NCBI GenBank assembly: GCA_040773245.1
Contig: JAXGWO010000003.1
Span: 6,629 to 70,628, forward strand
From: PVC group bacterium
Lineage (GTDB): Bacteria; Auribacterota; Erginobacteria; Erginobacterales; Erginobacteraceae
Reading direction: 5' to 3'
DNA: 64,000 nt
Shown here in pieces: positions 45,418 through 55,279 of the stretch. The translations under genes and the position numbers were made by a program. How positions within the stretch are numbered: position 1 is the first letter of the stretch; each line of letters begins with the position of its first letter. The notes under the pieces were generated by a model. It was not told the DNA's origin and searched no databases. It saw only the letters and a list, made by a program, of their open reading frames with translations.

Positions 45418-46683
45418 CACCCCCCAGGCAGGCGACATCAGGAAAAAATGTCTGCCCTGGGTGGTGGTGACGGACCCCTTCAGGCCCCAGAATATGTAAT
45501 ACGAGGCCAGTGCCGTCCCGGCCAGGAAGAGCAGGGTTACAATCGCTTCCCCCCCCCATCCGCGCGGTATCTTTCGCTTCCAGAGCCAGCGGGCCAGAAA
45601 CAACCCCGTCCCCGTCAGCGCAATCACCGTGGCCATTGCCAGGATCCGGTAGGCGGCCGCCGGCAGCTCAAACTGCAGCCAGCCGTACTTGAGCCAGAAG
45701 CTTTTAAACAGTTCGCTGTTGAACCAGGACCAGTAACCGGGGGGGAAATAGGTCCGGCCCCGGATGAACGAGCCCACGATCGAACAGAGCAGACCGATCC
45801 GGACGATAAAGATACGCGCCACCTCCGGAGAGTACCAGACCAGCACGGAATAAGCCCCCGACAGAATCAACAGAAGCAGACCGGCCCCGGCCGCCAGCTT
45901 CCCCGGCGCCGGGAATCTTCGGCCCGGAGATACGAAGCGGATAATCGCCACTCCCGGCAAGGCGGCCAGGAGGATCAAGGCTTTATAATTGATCAGGAGA
46001 CTCAGCCCGAGGCAGAGCAACAGCATTAGAATCCGGAAGGGAGTGAACCCCGCCTTCTGGAACCGGAGGACCAGGTAAATCACGGCCGCGCCGCAAAAAT
46101 TAATCGCGGGATCCGGGCTGGCCGAGACGCCGATCACCAGAAACTGGGGAAGAAAAGCCACCGCCGCCGCCGCCGCCGGCACCAGGGGAGAAGATCTCCC
46201 GAAGACCTCGCCGGCGCAGGCGCCGACCAGGGCGATGGTCAGCAGGGTGAAAAACAGCGAAAGCAGACGGAGGCGGTAGAGCTCGGCTTCCAGCGACCGG
46301 GCGGGGGATAATCGCAAGACCAGGGAAGCCAGGAAGTAATACAGGGGTGGGTTCTTCCCGATCTGGGACGGCGCGGCGGCCAAGAAAGGCGTCTCCCGGA
46401 AAGTCACCGGGAGAGGCGACGGCCTCTCCACCCCGACATACCGCCAGTAATCGTACCGGTCGAGGGAGCTGATGATCTCCCCCTGGGCCGCAAGATCAGG
46501 GCGGGGAGCCCAGGGGGAAACCCCCCGGGCCAACACCCTGGCGTACTCCAGATGAGTCGGCTCGTCCGGCAATTGCCAGGGCGGAATGATGACCGCACAG
46601 GCCAGCCCCAGGATGGCGGCCGCCGCCAGCACCAGGATCAGCATCAGCCTGTTGCCGGGGTCGTGTCCCGGGCAGTCGGCCAT
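45286..46683 (-). CDS. Polytopic membrane protein, DUF2142-like/GT-C-like putative glycosyltransferase; 465 aa
   Basis: ~11 TM segments. Periplasmic loop motif PWQLPDEPTHLEYARVLARG after TM1. Sits next to the Wzt/Wzm genes. Confidence 0.5.
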   Translation of the reverse strand: MADCPGHDPGNRLMLILVLAAAAILGLACAVIIPPWQLPDEPTHLEYARVLARGVSPWAPRPDLAAQGEIISSLDRYDYWRYVGVERPSPLPVTFRETPFLAAAPSQIGKNPPLYYFLASLVLRLSPARSLEAELYRLRLLSLFFTLLTIALVGACAGEVFGRSSPLVPAAAAAVAFLPQFLVIGVSASPDPAINFCGAAVIYLVLRFQKAGFTPFRILMLLLCLGLSLLINYKALILLAALPGVAIIRFVSPGRRFPAPGKLAAGAGLLLLILSGAYSVLVWYSPEVARIFIVRIGLLCSIVGSFIRGRTYFPPGYWSWFNSELFKSFWLKYGWLQFELPAAAYRILAMATVIALTGTGLFLARWLWKRKIPRGWGGEAIVTLLFLAGTALASYYIFWGLKGSVTTTQGRHFFLMSPAWGVLFPLGWSSLFPVRWERPVGYGLVTVFFLFAAASIGFSILPTFS

Positions 46684-46686
46684 CGC

Positions 46687-48000
46687 TCAACCTCTCTCCC
46701 GGTCTGTTTCTCGATACTCCGGTTCCCCGGACATTTTCTGCGGGATATTTTCGGAACCGGAATCGGCAATTTCCATATCGATCCGCGTCGGGATGCTGAC
46801 GTAGCCCTCCATCGGGATGGAATTTTGAATCTCGATTACGGCCGCGTTATTTATCCAGTCGAGGGTGCGATAGGTTCGCCTCCCGGTAACGGCCGAAACG
46901 GCGGGGTTGATGGAATAGGAACCCGCGGCGAGGTTGGCCCGATGGTGAAAAGTCACCAGGCACTCCTGGCCTTTCTTCAAGCTCCCCGGCGGCAGGCCGA
47001 GCCAGTCCGCGTTGGTGCCGTAGACGTTGAACCCATAGCGGTTACGGAATATGTTGCCGAGGACGAACCGGTCGATGTCGGCGTTGGATTTCACCCGGAA
47101 CCGAAGATGGAAATTTTCCCCGTAGTTGAAAACGTTCCGGCGCCGGCCGTTGTCATCGAGGACTTCAATCGCGATAATCTCGGCCTCCCTGGTGCCGTAA
47201 CGGCTGTAATCGGCCGGAGCCCGGTCCGCCCGGGGCGACCTCTCTTGGGCGGACCGTTCCCTTTCCCGGCTGTCAATCAAGGCCAGGTACTGCGCGGCGA
47301 TCGGCCCCGGTTCCCCCCGGGCCAGGAGGCGGGAATAATCCAGGATCATCGCCTGGTGGCAGATATTTCGGACCGCCTCGGCATCGTGGGTCACGTAAAC
47401 CAGGGTCTTCCCCTCCTCCTGGAAGTCCCGGATCTTCCGGACGCATTTATGCTGGAAATAACTGTCACCGACCGCCAGGATCTCGTCGATCAGGAGGATA
47501 TCGGGGTCGAGGGTAACGGCAACCGCGAAGGCCAGCCGTACGTACATCCCGTTGGAGTAGGTCTTTACGGGTTGGTCGATAAATTCGCCGATCTCGGCGA
47601 AAGCGATGATCTCGTCCAGCTTGCCCCGGATCTCCCCCGGGGACATACCATAGATCAATCCGCTCAAGAAAACGTTGTTCCGGCCGGTGAACTCAGGATT
47701 GAAACCGGCGCCCAGTTCCAGTATGGTCGCCACCCGGCCGCAGATCTCGATCTCTCCCCGGGTGGGCGCCATAATCCCGGCCATCAACTGGAGGAGGGTG
47801 GTCTTGCCGGAGCCGTTCTGCCCCAGGACCCCGAGGGTCGTCCCGGCCTCCAGATCGAGAGTGATATCCCGCAGGGCCCAGAACTCCCGGTGGAACTTCT
47901 TCCGCTTCCAGTGCGCCACTTCCCGCAACCGCTGCAAGGGACTGTCGTAGATCGGGAACTTCTTCGAAATATTTTTCAGGGCTAGGACGATATCGCTCAT
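46687..48000 (-). CDS. ABC transporter ATP-binding protein, Wzt/TagH type, with C-terminal carbohydrate-binding-like extension; 437 aa
   Basis: Walker A GQNGSGKTTLL, ABC signature, Walker B ILLIDEILAVGD. ~180-aa C-terminal beta-rich domain as in Wzt. Confidence 0.85.
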   Translation of the reverse strand: MSDIVLALKNISKKFPIYDSPLQRLREVAHWKRKKFHREFWALRDITLDLEAGTTLGVLGQNGSGKTTLLQLMAGIMAPTRGEIEICGRVATILELGAGFNPEFTGRNNVFLSGLIYGMSPGEIRGKLDEIIAFAEIGEFIDQPVKTYSNGMYVRLAFAVAVTLDPDILLIDEILAVGDSYFQHKCVRKIRDFQEEGKTLVYVTHDAEAVRNICHQAMILDYSRLLARGEPGPIAAQYLALIDSRERERSAQERSPRADRAPADYSRYGTREAEIIAIEVLDDNGRRRNVFNYGENFHLRFRVKSNADIDRFVLGNIFRNRYGFNVYGTNADWLGLPPGSLKKGQECLVTFHHRANLAAGSYSINPAVSAVTGRRTYRTLDWINNAAVIEIQNSIPMEGYVSIPTRIDMEIADSGSENIPQKMSGEPEYRETDRERG

Positions 48001-48040
48001 CTTGAATCAGGCTCGGACGGCTGACCCCGCCGGCGGCGCT

Positions 48041-48874
48041 TCAGATCAAGTCCACGAAGGTCTTCTTCGATTTCTTAAACCACTTCCAACCGGCGACAAA
48101 CAACCCGATCCCCAATCCCATCAGGTAGAGAAACATCATCCAGTCGGGAGGCATCCCCAGGAGAAAGACGCGCCGGTAATTATGGAGAAGGGCGGCGGCG
48201 GGGTTAAGGGTGAGCCAGAAGTGGAACCTGCCCCCCAGGGCGGTCCGGAGGAGGTCCTCGGGATAAAAGATCGGGGTGACGAACATCCAGCAGATTGTCC
48301 CCAGGGAGACGGCCTGGCGGATATCCCGGATAAAGACGGCGATACTGGCGACCAGCCAGCCCAGCCCCGCCGTGATCAGGAACTGCGGCAGGAGGAGCAG
48401 GGGGAAGAACAGCCAGGTCCAGAAGACGCCCTTCCCCAGCAGGACCAGGCCGGCCGCCAGCACCGCCAGGCCGATCAACTGGTGGATGAGCGCGGCCAGA
48501 ACCACCTGGAGGGGGAGAACCTCCACCGGGAAGATGACTTTTTTCACCATACTGACGTGCTCGATGATAACGGTCGTGCAGCGGTTGATCCCCTCGCTGA
48601 TCGCCATCCAGACCACGATCCCGCAGAATACATAGAGCGCGAAAGCGCTGATGGAGGCATCGTAGGGAAGCCGCAACCGGAACAATCCCCCGAAGACCAG
48701 GGTGTAGATGCCGAGCAGGATCACCGGTTCGACCAGCGACCAGACCAGGCCGAAGACGGAACCCTTGTACTTTCCCGTCACGTCCCGCCGGACGAGGGCG
48801 AAGAGGAGATAATGATTTTTGCGCAGAAATTTCAGCGCGGAGAGACTCATAATCACAATATAGATGTTCCCCAT
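48041..48874 (-). CDS. ABC-2 type transporter permease (Wzm-like); start more likely at MSLSALKF (~48850)
   Basis: Six hydrophobic helices. ABC-2 signature region. 40 nt downstream of the Wzt start on the same strand. Confidence 0.8.
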   Translation of the reverse strand: MGNIYIVIMSLSALKFLRKNHYLLFALVRRDVTGKYKGSVFGLVWSLVEPVILLGIYTLVFGGLFRLRLPYDASISAFALYVFCGIVVWMAISEGINRCTTVIIEHVSMVKKVIFPVEVLPLQVVLAALIHQLIGLAVLAAGLVLLGKGVFWTWLFFPLLLLPQFLITAGLGWLVASIAVFIRDIRQAVSLGTICWMFVTPIFYPEDLLRTALGGRFHFWLTLNPAAALLHNYRRVFLLGMPPDWMMFLYLMGLGIGLFVAGWKWFKKSKKTFVDLI

Positions 48875-48984
48875 TCCCCCGGCAAGCCTTTTGCCGGGAA
48901 GTTCGATATTGCGGGCGCGACCGAAGACCCATATATTATGAACTTGTTGTCAACTGCGGGGTTGCTGACTTTGCCGCCACCGAC

Positions 48985-51900
48985 GTGACGGGCACCGGCG
49001 AACGCGGGCCTTTCCCGGACCCGGCGTTTGACGCAGCCGGAAATTGTTCTCCAGTAAAAATGACAAAGTTCGGATTAAAAAGGCTGGCGGCCGGTGGCCT
49101 GAGGTGGGCCAACCGCTTTCCTCCCTCCCGGCGGGTGCTGGCCACCGCCTCCCGGCACTACCGGGCTTTTTTAGGCGCTTATTACTGGGGACTGGCCGAC
49201 GGGATTCTCCGATTCCGGAAGCGGCATCTTCCCGAGACGGGCAATGAGCCGGGACCGCTCTCCTTCCTGGGCGATTTAAGGTCATTAAGCGGCCGGCCGG
49301 CGCCCGAGCCTTATTCGGCCTGGGAGGAAGTGAACCGCCTCCACCCCAACAAGCGCAGCCTCCTGGCCGGCCGGCTCCAGGGGGAAGAAGCCGCTGCTGA
49401 AGACGGGCACCAGATATCCGTCCCGGCGGGAGGGGGCAGCGCCCGCCTCACCGCGGTTGACCATTTCGTCTCGCTCCTGATCGACCGGCAGGTGGAGGCG
49501 GTTTCTTTCGACCTGTTCGACACGCTGGTCGGCCGGCGGCTGGAGCGGCCCCGCGATTTATTTTTGGTCATCGACCGGAAACTGGCCGGACGCTGGCCTC
49601 TCCCGAGGCCCTACTCCAGTTACCGGATCTCCGCGGAGGAGGCGGTCCGGAAGTCCTCTCCCCGGGAGGAGGTAACGCTGGCGGAGATCTACGATGAACT
49701 GGCGCGGGCGGCCGGATTGGACGAAGGCGCCAGAACGGAGCTGCTCAACCTGGAGATCGAGACCGAGCTTAAATTCATTCGACCCCGGCCGGCCGGGGTC
49801 GAGCTCCTGAACCAGGCCCGGGAACAACGGCGCCGGATTTATCTGGTCTCCGATATGTACCTGGGGCGGGAAGAGATCGAACGGATACTGGATTCCTGCG
49901 GAATGGGAAAATTTTCCGGGATCTACCTTTCCTCGGAGGAAGGGAAGACCAAGCATTCCGGGGGACTCTTCGAGCTGTTCCTCCGGCGGGAGCAGCTGGC
50001 GGCGGGAAGGGTTCTCCACGTCGGGGACAACCGCCACAGCGACCGGGACGTCCCCTCCCGCCTGGGACTGGAGACCTTCCTCGTCCGGCCCCCCGCACCC
50101 CCGGCCGGCGGACCGGACGGGAAAGACGGCGACCGGCTGGCGGATGGTATCTTTTCCGCCCTGGAGCGGACGGTCCTCTCGGAGACCCGGCGAGTCCACG
50201 GAGAATTCGGGCCCCGGTACGGGGGAGATCCTTTCCTTCTGGGCTACTGCGCCCTCGGCCCCCTGCTGCTCGGGTTCACCTCCCGCATCTGCCAGGCGGT
50301 CAGGAACGGAGACTTCCCGCGGCTGTATTTCGTCTCCCGGGACGCCTATTATTTCCAGGCCTGTTACGAACTGATCCGGAGACACGACCCCGCCCTTCCC
50401 CCTTCAACCTATCTTTACTCCTCCCGCAAGCTGATCTACCGCGCTTCAATGGCCGACGGGGCGGCGATCGCCGAGGCCGCGGACCGCGACTATTTCCCTG
50501 CCCGGCTCCGCGACCTCTTGACCGGCCGCTTCTGCTTCAGCGACGGGGAATGCTCCGCCCTCCCCGCCGGGCTGCTGGAAAAGCACGGTTTCTCATCTCT
50601 CGACGACCGGGTCGAGAAGACGGCCAACCACCGGCAGCTGCTGGGACTGGTGCTCGCCTGCCGGGAGGAGATCTGCCGGCAAGCCCGGCGATACCGCGAA
50701 CGTTACGTCTCCTACCTGCGGGAGACGGTCGCGGACGGGCCGGGGCTGCTGGTGGATATCGGCTACAGCGGGACCCTGCAGAGGTTCATCCGGGACCACG
50801 CCGGCCGGGAGCTGGAGGGCCTTTACCTGATCGTCCTGGATCGCATATCCGCCCTGAAGCGGGAGGGCTCGAGATTCCAGGCCTATATCCGGCCGGGCGA
50901 CCCGGAGCACCCCCGGTTTTTCCGCCACGTCCAGATGTTCGAACTGCTGTTATCCGCCCGCCATCCCTCGGTCATCGACGTGGGCCAGGACCCGGCGGGC
51001 CGGTGGGCGCCCGTGTACGACCGCCACCGGGTGCCCCCCGGGAGCGCGGACGCGCTCGAACGTCTCCACCGGGGCGCCCTGCAGGCCGCGGAAGACTTCC
51101 TGGAGCTGACCCGGGAGTCCGTCACCGCCGGGACCTGGGGGGCCGGGCGGGCGATGAGGCGCCTGCTCGACTACCTTGACGCTCCCGATTACGCCGACTG
51201 CCTTCACTGGGAAGATCTGTTCTTCGAGGACTCCTTCGCCGGGCGCAGCCGGCAATACGCCTTCTCTCGAGGCTCCGGACCCGGACCGGTCTGGAAGGAG
51301 GGGGAGGCGGCCCGCCGGACCCCGATCGAACCCCGACTGATTCCATCCGGACGAGCCGCCGGCGAGGACCGGCCGGATCACCTGCACGACCCGCTCCCCC
51401 TTCCCGGCAACGCAGATCACCTGACCCTGTGGGCTTTCTTCCGGGAAGGGGAGGAGGAAGAGCTCCGGAGGCTGCTCTTCTCGCTCCGGCACCAGATGTA
51501 TTCCGCCTGGACCCTGATCATCGGACTGGAGGCGGGACTGAAAACCGCCTTCGATCGCTGGCGGGAGATCCTGCCGCCGGGAGGCGGCCGGATCCGGACC
51601 TCCTTCTTCCCGCCGGGGGAGGAATCCTTTCGGCGGTTCATCGAAATGGGCGTCGCGGGAGAAAGGTTCGGCTGGGGATTTTTCTGCCTCCCCGGGGTCA
51701 AGCTGAAGCCGGAGGCGCTGGCCGAAGTGGCAGCGGCGCTGAAAGAAAACCCGGATTCTGACGGATTTTATTGCGACGAGATCAGGGTTCCCGCCGGAGG
51801 CGAGCCGCGGACTTTTTTCAAACCCGACTGGTCGCCGGAACTCCTGCTCTCCGGCCCCTACCCCGGCCCGTTCTGGGGGGGGAGAAAAGACTTCTGGAAT

Positions 51901-54171
51901 TTTTCCCCCGGAGGGGCTCCGTCCCGCCGGGGGTGGCTTTTCGGGCAGTTCCTGCGGTGGGCGGAAGACAACCGCCGCGTTTTCCACCTCCCCCGGGCGC
52001 TTTACGAGTACTCTCCTCCCGATCCGGACCCCGACTTCACCTCGGTTATCCAGGATTCACTGGACCGGCGGAAGATCCCGGGCCAAGCCTACAACTTTTT
52101 CTCCTCCCTCGGCCAGAAGGGCGGGGTTTACTCGGTGGAATTCCCCGATCGGGGACCGGAGGTGGCGGTGATCATTCCCACCCGGAACCAGTCGGCTATC
52201 CTGAAGAGATGCCTCGATTCCCTCCGCCTCACGACCTACCAGAACTACCGCGTTTATATAGTGGACAACGGGAGCGACGACCCGGAAACCCTGGAATTTC
52301 TCGGGACCTGCGGGCACCGCGTCTTCCGGATCGAATCCCCCCCCGGCGGGTTCAATTATTCCTACCTCAATAATCAGGCGGCCGGAAGGGTCGGGGAGGA
52401 TTATCTCCTTTTCCTCAACAACGACACCGAAGTCATCAACCCGCGCTGGCTCAGCCAGCTCGTGGGGTGGCTCCAGTTCCCGGGAGTGGGGGCGGCGGGC
52501 GGCCGCCTCGTCTTTGCCGATGGACGGGTGCAGCACGCGGGTATCGTCAACCGGCTCCTCTACCGGATCCTGCCGGCGCCGGCCTTCAAGCTTCTGGCCG
52601 GGAACGATCCCGGCTACAACAACCTGGCCCTCCGCCCCCGGAACTGCTCGGCCCTGACCGCCGCCTGCCTGCTCACCCCGCGCCGGCTTTTCCTGGAGAA
52701 CTCCGGCTTCGACGAAAAAAATTTCGGGGTGGCCTATAACGACTGCGATTACGGCTTCCGGCTCACCCGTTCGGGCTATCGGAACGTCTACTGCCCGGAA
52801 GCCCTGCTCTATCACCACGAGGGTTCCTCCCGGGGAACCGGGGCCGGCAACGACAACCCGGCGGAAGAAGCGGCCTGCATCCGGCGATACAGCAGCTGGG
52901 CCGACCCCTGCTACAATCCCAACCTCTCCCTGGAGAACACGGGCTTCGCGCTCTCCTCCCGCCACCCTTACGTTTACCGGAAGAAGAAGAAGCTCCGACT
53001 CCTGCTCTTCTCCCATAACTACAACCTTGAAGGCGCCCCCCTGGTCCTTTACGAAGTCGCCCGGGGCCTGAAAGGGCGGGGCCATTTCCCAGTGGTGCTT
53101 TCCCCGATGCCCGGTCCCCTCAACCGCAAATACCGGGACCTGGACATCCCCGCCGGCGTGCTGACCGGCCTGGATAGTTCCGCCGCCTTCCGGCCGAAAA
53201 CCTATATCAGGGAGATGAAGCGGATCACGCAGGATATCGGCCGGCTGGGGGTGGACGCGGCCGCCGGCAATACCATCCTGACCTGGTGGGAACTGGCGGC
53301 GGCCGGACTGCTGGAAATCCCCTATCTGTGGATCATCCACGAGAGCGAACCGCCTTTTCGCCATCGCGATCTTCTACTCTACGGAACCCTGGCCCGGAAA
53401 CAGGCGGAGGCGGTGTTTTACCGGTCCTACCAGAATGTCTTCGTGGCCGATTCGACCCGGGCGCTTTACCGGGCGTACAGCCGGAACCATAACCTGGCGG
53501 TTATCCATAACAGTTTCGATCCCGGAGCCGAAGGGGAGGAATGGGAAGGGACACGGCGAGAACAAGCGAGAAGACAGCTGGGCCTCCGTGATGACGAACT
53601 ATGCGTCCTCACCCCGGGGACCATCTGCGAGCGGAAGTCCCAGCTCGACGTGATCTCAATGATCGACCGGTTGCCGGAAAGACTTTTAGCCAACGTCAAA
53701 TTCCTTATTGTCGGCGACCGTCCTTCTCCCTACAGTGATCAACTTCATAAGGCGGTAAATATGCTTCCCGGGCGGAAAAGCGAAAAAGTCGAGATTATCC
53801 CCATAACCGAACGGATCAGCCGGTATTATCTCGCTTCGGATATCCTGGCTTTCCCCTCCCGAATGGAATCCTTCCCCCGGGTGATTATGGAAGCGATGCA
53901 AACGGCACTGGCCATAGTTACCACCCCCGTCTTCGGGATTCGGGAGATGGTCTCGGACGAAGTCAGCGCGCTTTTCTTCCCCCCGGGGGAGATCGGCGCG
54001 TTCGCCGACCGGATGCAGAGGGTGCTGGAGTCGAAACCGTTGCGGGAGAGGTTGGGGCGCAACGCGAAAATCTCCCTCGGGAAGCTGCCCACCCCGAAGG
54101 AGATGATCGATCAATACGAAGACCTGTTCCTGGAAGCCTGGCTGAGCGGGACTCCGCGAAGAATACGTTAG
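48985..54171 (+). CDS. Giant multidomain glycan-biosynthesis protein (1728 aa in track; ATG at 49060 is a likelier start): HAD-like hydrolase region + GT2 domain + C-terminal GT1 domain
   Basis: HAD motif I VSFDLFDTLVGR (nt ~49500). GT2 core VAVIIPTRNQSAILKRCLDSL ... YRVYIVDNGSDD (nt ~52160-52290). C-terminal GT1/GT4 domain (LLLFSHNYNLEGAPLVLYEVARGL ... FPSRMESFPRVIMEAM). Track start codon is GTG. Confidence 0.7.
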   Translation: MTGTGERGPFPDPAFDAAGNCSPVKMTKFGLKRLAAGGLRWANRFPPSRRVLATASRHYRAFLGAYYWGLADGILRFRKRHLPETGNEPGPLSFLGDLRSLSGRPAPEPYSAWEEVNRLHPNKRSLLAGRLQGEEAAAEDGHQISVPAGGGSARLTAVDHFVSLLIDRQVEAVSFDLFDTLVGRRLERPRDLFLVIDRKLAGRWPLPRPYSSYRISAEEAVRKSSPREEVTLAEIYDELARAAGLDEGARTELLNLEIETELKFIRPRPAGVELLNQAREQRRRIYLVSDMYLGREEIERILDSCGMGKFSGIYLSSEEGKTKHSGGLFELFLRREQLAAGRVLHVGDNRHSDRDVPSRLGLETFLVRPPAPPAGGPDGKDGDRLADGIFSALERTVLSETRRVHGEFGPRYGGDPFLLGYCALGPLLLGFTSRICQAVRNGDFPRLYFVSRDAYYFQACYELIRRHDPALPPSTYLYSSRKLIYRASMADGAAIAEAADRDYFPARLRDLLTGRFCFSDGECSALPAGLLEKHGFSSLDDRVEKTANHRQLLGLVLACREEICRQARRYRERYVSYLRETVADGPGLLVDIGYSGTLQRFIRDHAGRELEGLYLIVLDRISALKREGSRFQAYIRPGDPEHPRFFRHVQMFELLLSARHPSVIDVGQDPAGRWAPVYDRHRVPPGSADALERLHRGALQAAEDFLELTRESVTAGTWGAGRAMRRLLDYLDAPDYADCLHWEDLFFEDSFAGRSRQYAFSRGSGPGPVWKEGEAARRTPIEPRLIPSGRAAGEDRPDHLHDPLPLPGNADHLTLWAFFREGEEEELRRLLFSLRHQMYSAWTLIIGLEAGLKTAFDRWREILPPGGGRIRTSFFPPGEESFRRFIEMGVAGERFGWGFFCLPGVKLKPEALAEVAAALKENPDSDGFYCDEIRVPAGGEPRTFFKPDWSPELLLSGPYPGPFWGGRKDFWNFSPGGAPSRRGWLFGQFLRWAEDNRRVFHLPRALYEYSPPDPDPDFTSVIQDSLDRRKIPGQAYNFFSSLGQKGGVYSVEFPDRGPEVAVIIPTRNQSAILKRCLDSLRLTTYQNYRVYIVDNGSDDPETLEFLGTCGHRVFRIESPPGGFNYSYLNNQAAGRVGEDYLLFLNNDTEVINPRWLSQLVGWLQFPGVGAAGGRLVFADGRVQHAGIVNRLLYRILPAPAFKLLAGNDPGYNNLALRPRNCSALTAACLLTPRRLFLENSGFDEKNFGVAYNDCDYGFRLTRSGYRNVYCPEALLYHHEGSSRGTGAGNDNPAEEAACIRRYSSWADPCYNPNLSLENTGFALSSRHPYVYRKKKKLRLLLFSHNYNLEGAPLVLYEVARGLKGRGHFPVVLSPMPGPLNRKYRDLDIPAGVLTGLDSSAAFRPKTYIREMKRITQDIGRLGVDAAAGNTILTWWELAAAGLLEIPYLWIIHESEPPFRHRDLLLYGTLARKQAEAVFYRSYQNVFVADSTRALYRAYSRNHNLAVIHNSFDPGAEGEEWEGTRREQARRQLGLRDDELCVLTPGTICERKSQLDVISMIDRLPERLLANVKFLIVGDRPSPYSDQLHKAVNMLPGRKSEKVEIIPITERISRYYLASDILAFPSRMESFPRVIMEAMQTALAIVTTPVFGIREMVSDEVSALFFPPGEIGAFADRMQRVLESKPLRERLGRNAKISLGKLPTPKEMIDQYEDLFLEAWLSGTPRRIR

Positions 54172-54213
54172 CCCGATTGATCGGGTCGGGCGGATCGGCC
54201 GAAGGGGGAAAAA

Positions 54214-55242
54214 ATGAAATTATCCCGGGAAAGAATGACCTTCGATCTCCGGCAGCGCTACCGGATGACCTCGGAGCTGGTGGAAGCCGTCCGGATCCGG
54301 AAGCCGCTGCGGATTCTGGACGCCGGAAGCCGGGAGGGGTTTTTGCGGCACTACCTCCCCGAGGATGTGATCATCAACCTCGATCTGGAGTTTTTCCCCG
54401 GCGACTCATTCCTGGTTGGCAACCTGCTGCATCTCCCCTTCGCCTCCGGGGCTTTCGATCTGAGCTTATCCCTCGATGTCCTGGAGCATATCGAGCCCGG
54501 CCGGCGCCTGGACTTTCTCGACGAAATGGCCCGGGTAAGCCGGGATTACTTCATCATCGGGGCGCCTTTTCACGATGAGAAGGTGGCGGAGGCGGAAAAA
54601 CTGGCCAATGACTTCTACCTCCAGGCGACCGGCCGGGAGAACCAGTTCCTGGCCGAGCATTTCCGCTTCGGGCTGCCGGCCCTGGAGGAGGTCACCTCCT
54701 GGATCGCCCGGCGGGATTACCGGGCCGTCATCCTGCCCAATAACTACCTGCCTTTCTGGCTGGTGATGATGGGACTGAGCGCTTATCTCTCCGGCATTCC
54801 CCGCTCGGGGGACCTGATGGCGACCGTGACCGATCTCTACGAACGCAATCTGGCCGATTATGACTACCGCTCCCCTTCTTATCGGAAGATTGTACTGGTG
54901 GCCAAGTCCGCTCCTCTCGACGAGGCGGCGATCCGCCGGCGGCTCGTCCCGGCTCACCAGCCGGCGGATCTCCAGGACCGGGCCTGGGATTTCGCCGAGC
55001 GGACCTTGAGCGAACTCAACCCGCATCTGGAGCGGACGATCTTTGAACTTCAGGAGGAGAACTCCCGGCTCCGGGAGGAGATCTCCCGACTCCGGGAGGA
55101 ACTGGCCCTCTTGCGGGCGGGGCTCGAGGAAGAGAAGGCCCGGCACCGGGCGACGCGGGCGGAGCTGGAAGGAATCAAGAACACCGCGGCCTATCGGTTA
55201 TTCAAACAGACCTGGGGCAGGCTCCGGGACGCATTAAGGTAA
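54214..55242 (+). CDS. Class I SAM-dependent methyltransferase with C-terminal coiled coil (WbdD-like chain terminator candidate); 342 aa
   Basis: MTase motifs LRILDAGSREG, FDLSLSLDVLEHI. C-terminal heptad-rich segment with duplicated ENSRLREEISRLREELALLRAGLEEE (nt ~55050-55200). Confidence 0.65.
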   Translation: MKLSRERMTFDLRQRYRMTSELVEAVRIRKPLRILDAGSREGFLRHYLPEDVIINLDLEFFPGDSFLVGNLLHLPFASGAFDLSLSLDVLEHIEPGRRLDFLDEMARVSRDYFIIGAPFHDEKVAEAEKLANDFYLQATGRENQFLAEHFRFGLPALEEVTSWIARRDYRAVILPNNYLPFWLVMMGLSAYLSGIPRSGDLMATVTDLYERNLADYDYRSPSYRKIVLVAKSAPLDEAAIRRRLVPAHQPADLQDRAWDFAERTLSELNPHLERTIFELQEENSRLREEISRLREELALLRAGLEEEKARHRATRAELEGIKNTAAYRLFKQTWGRLRDALR

Positions 55243-55279
55243 CCCCGTCACCCTGCGGAAAATCGCCGCCGCCGAGAGT

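Noticed and set aside
49558-53364. Minus-strand ORFs inside the 1728-aa gene (49558-50385, 50950-51987, 52057-53364)
   Set aside because: Antisense to a frame with clear HAD/GT2/GT1 motifs. Translations are Gly/Pro/Arg-rich.
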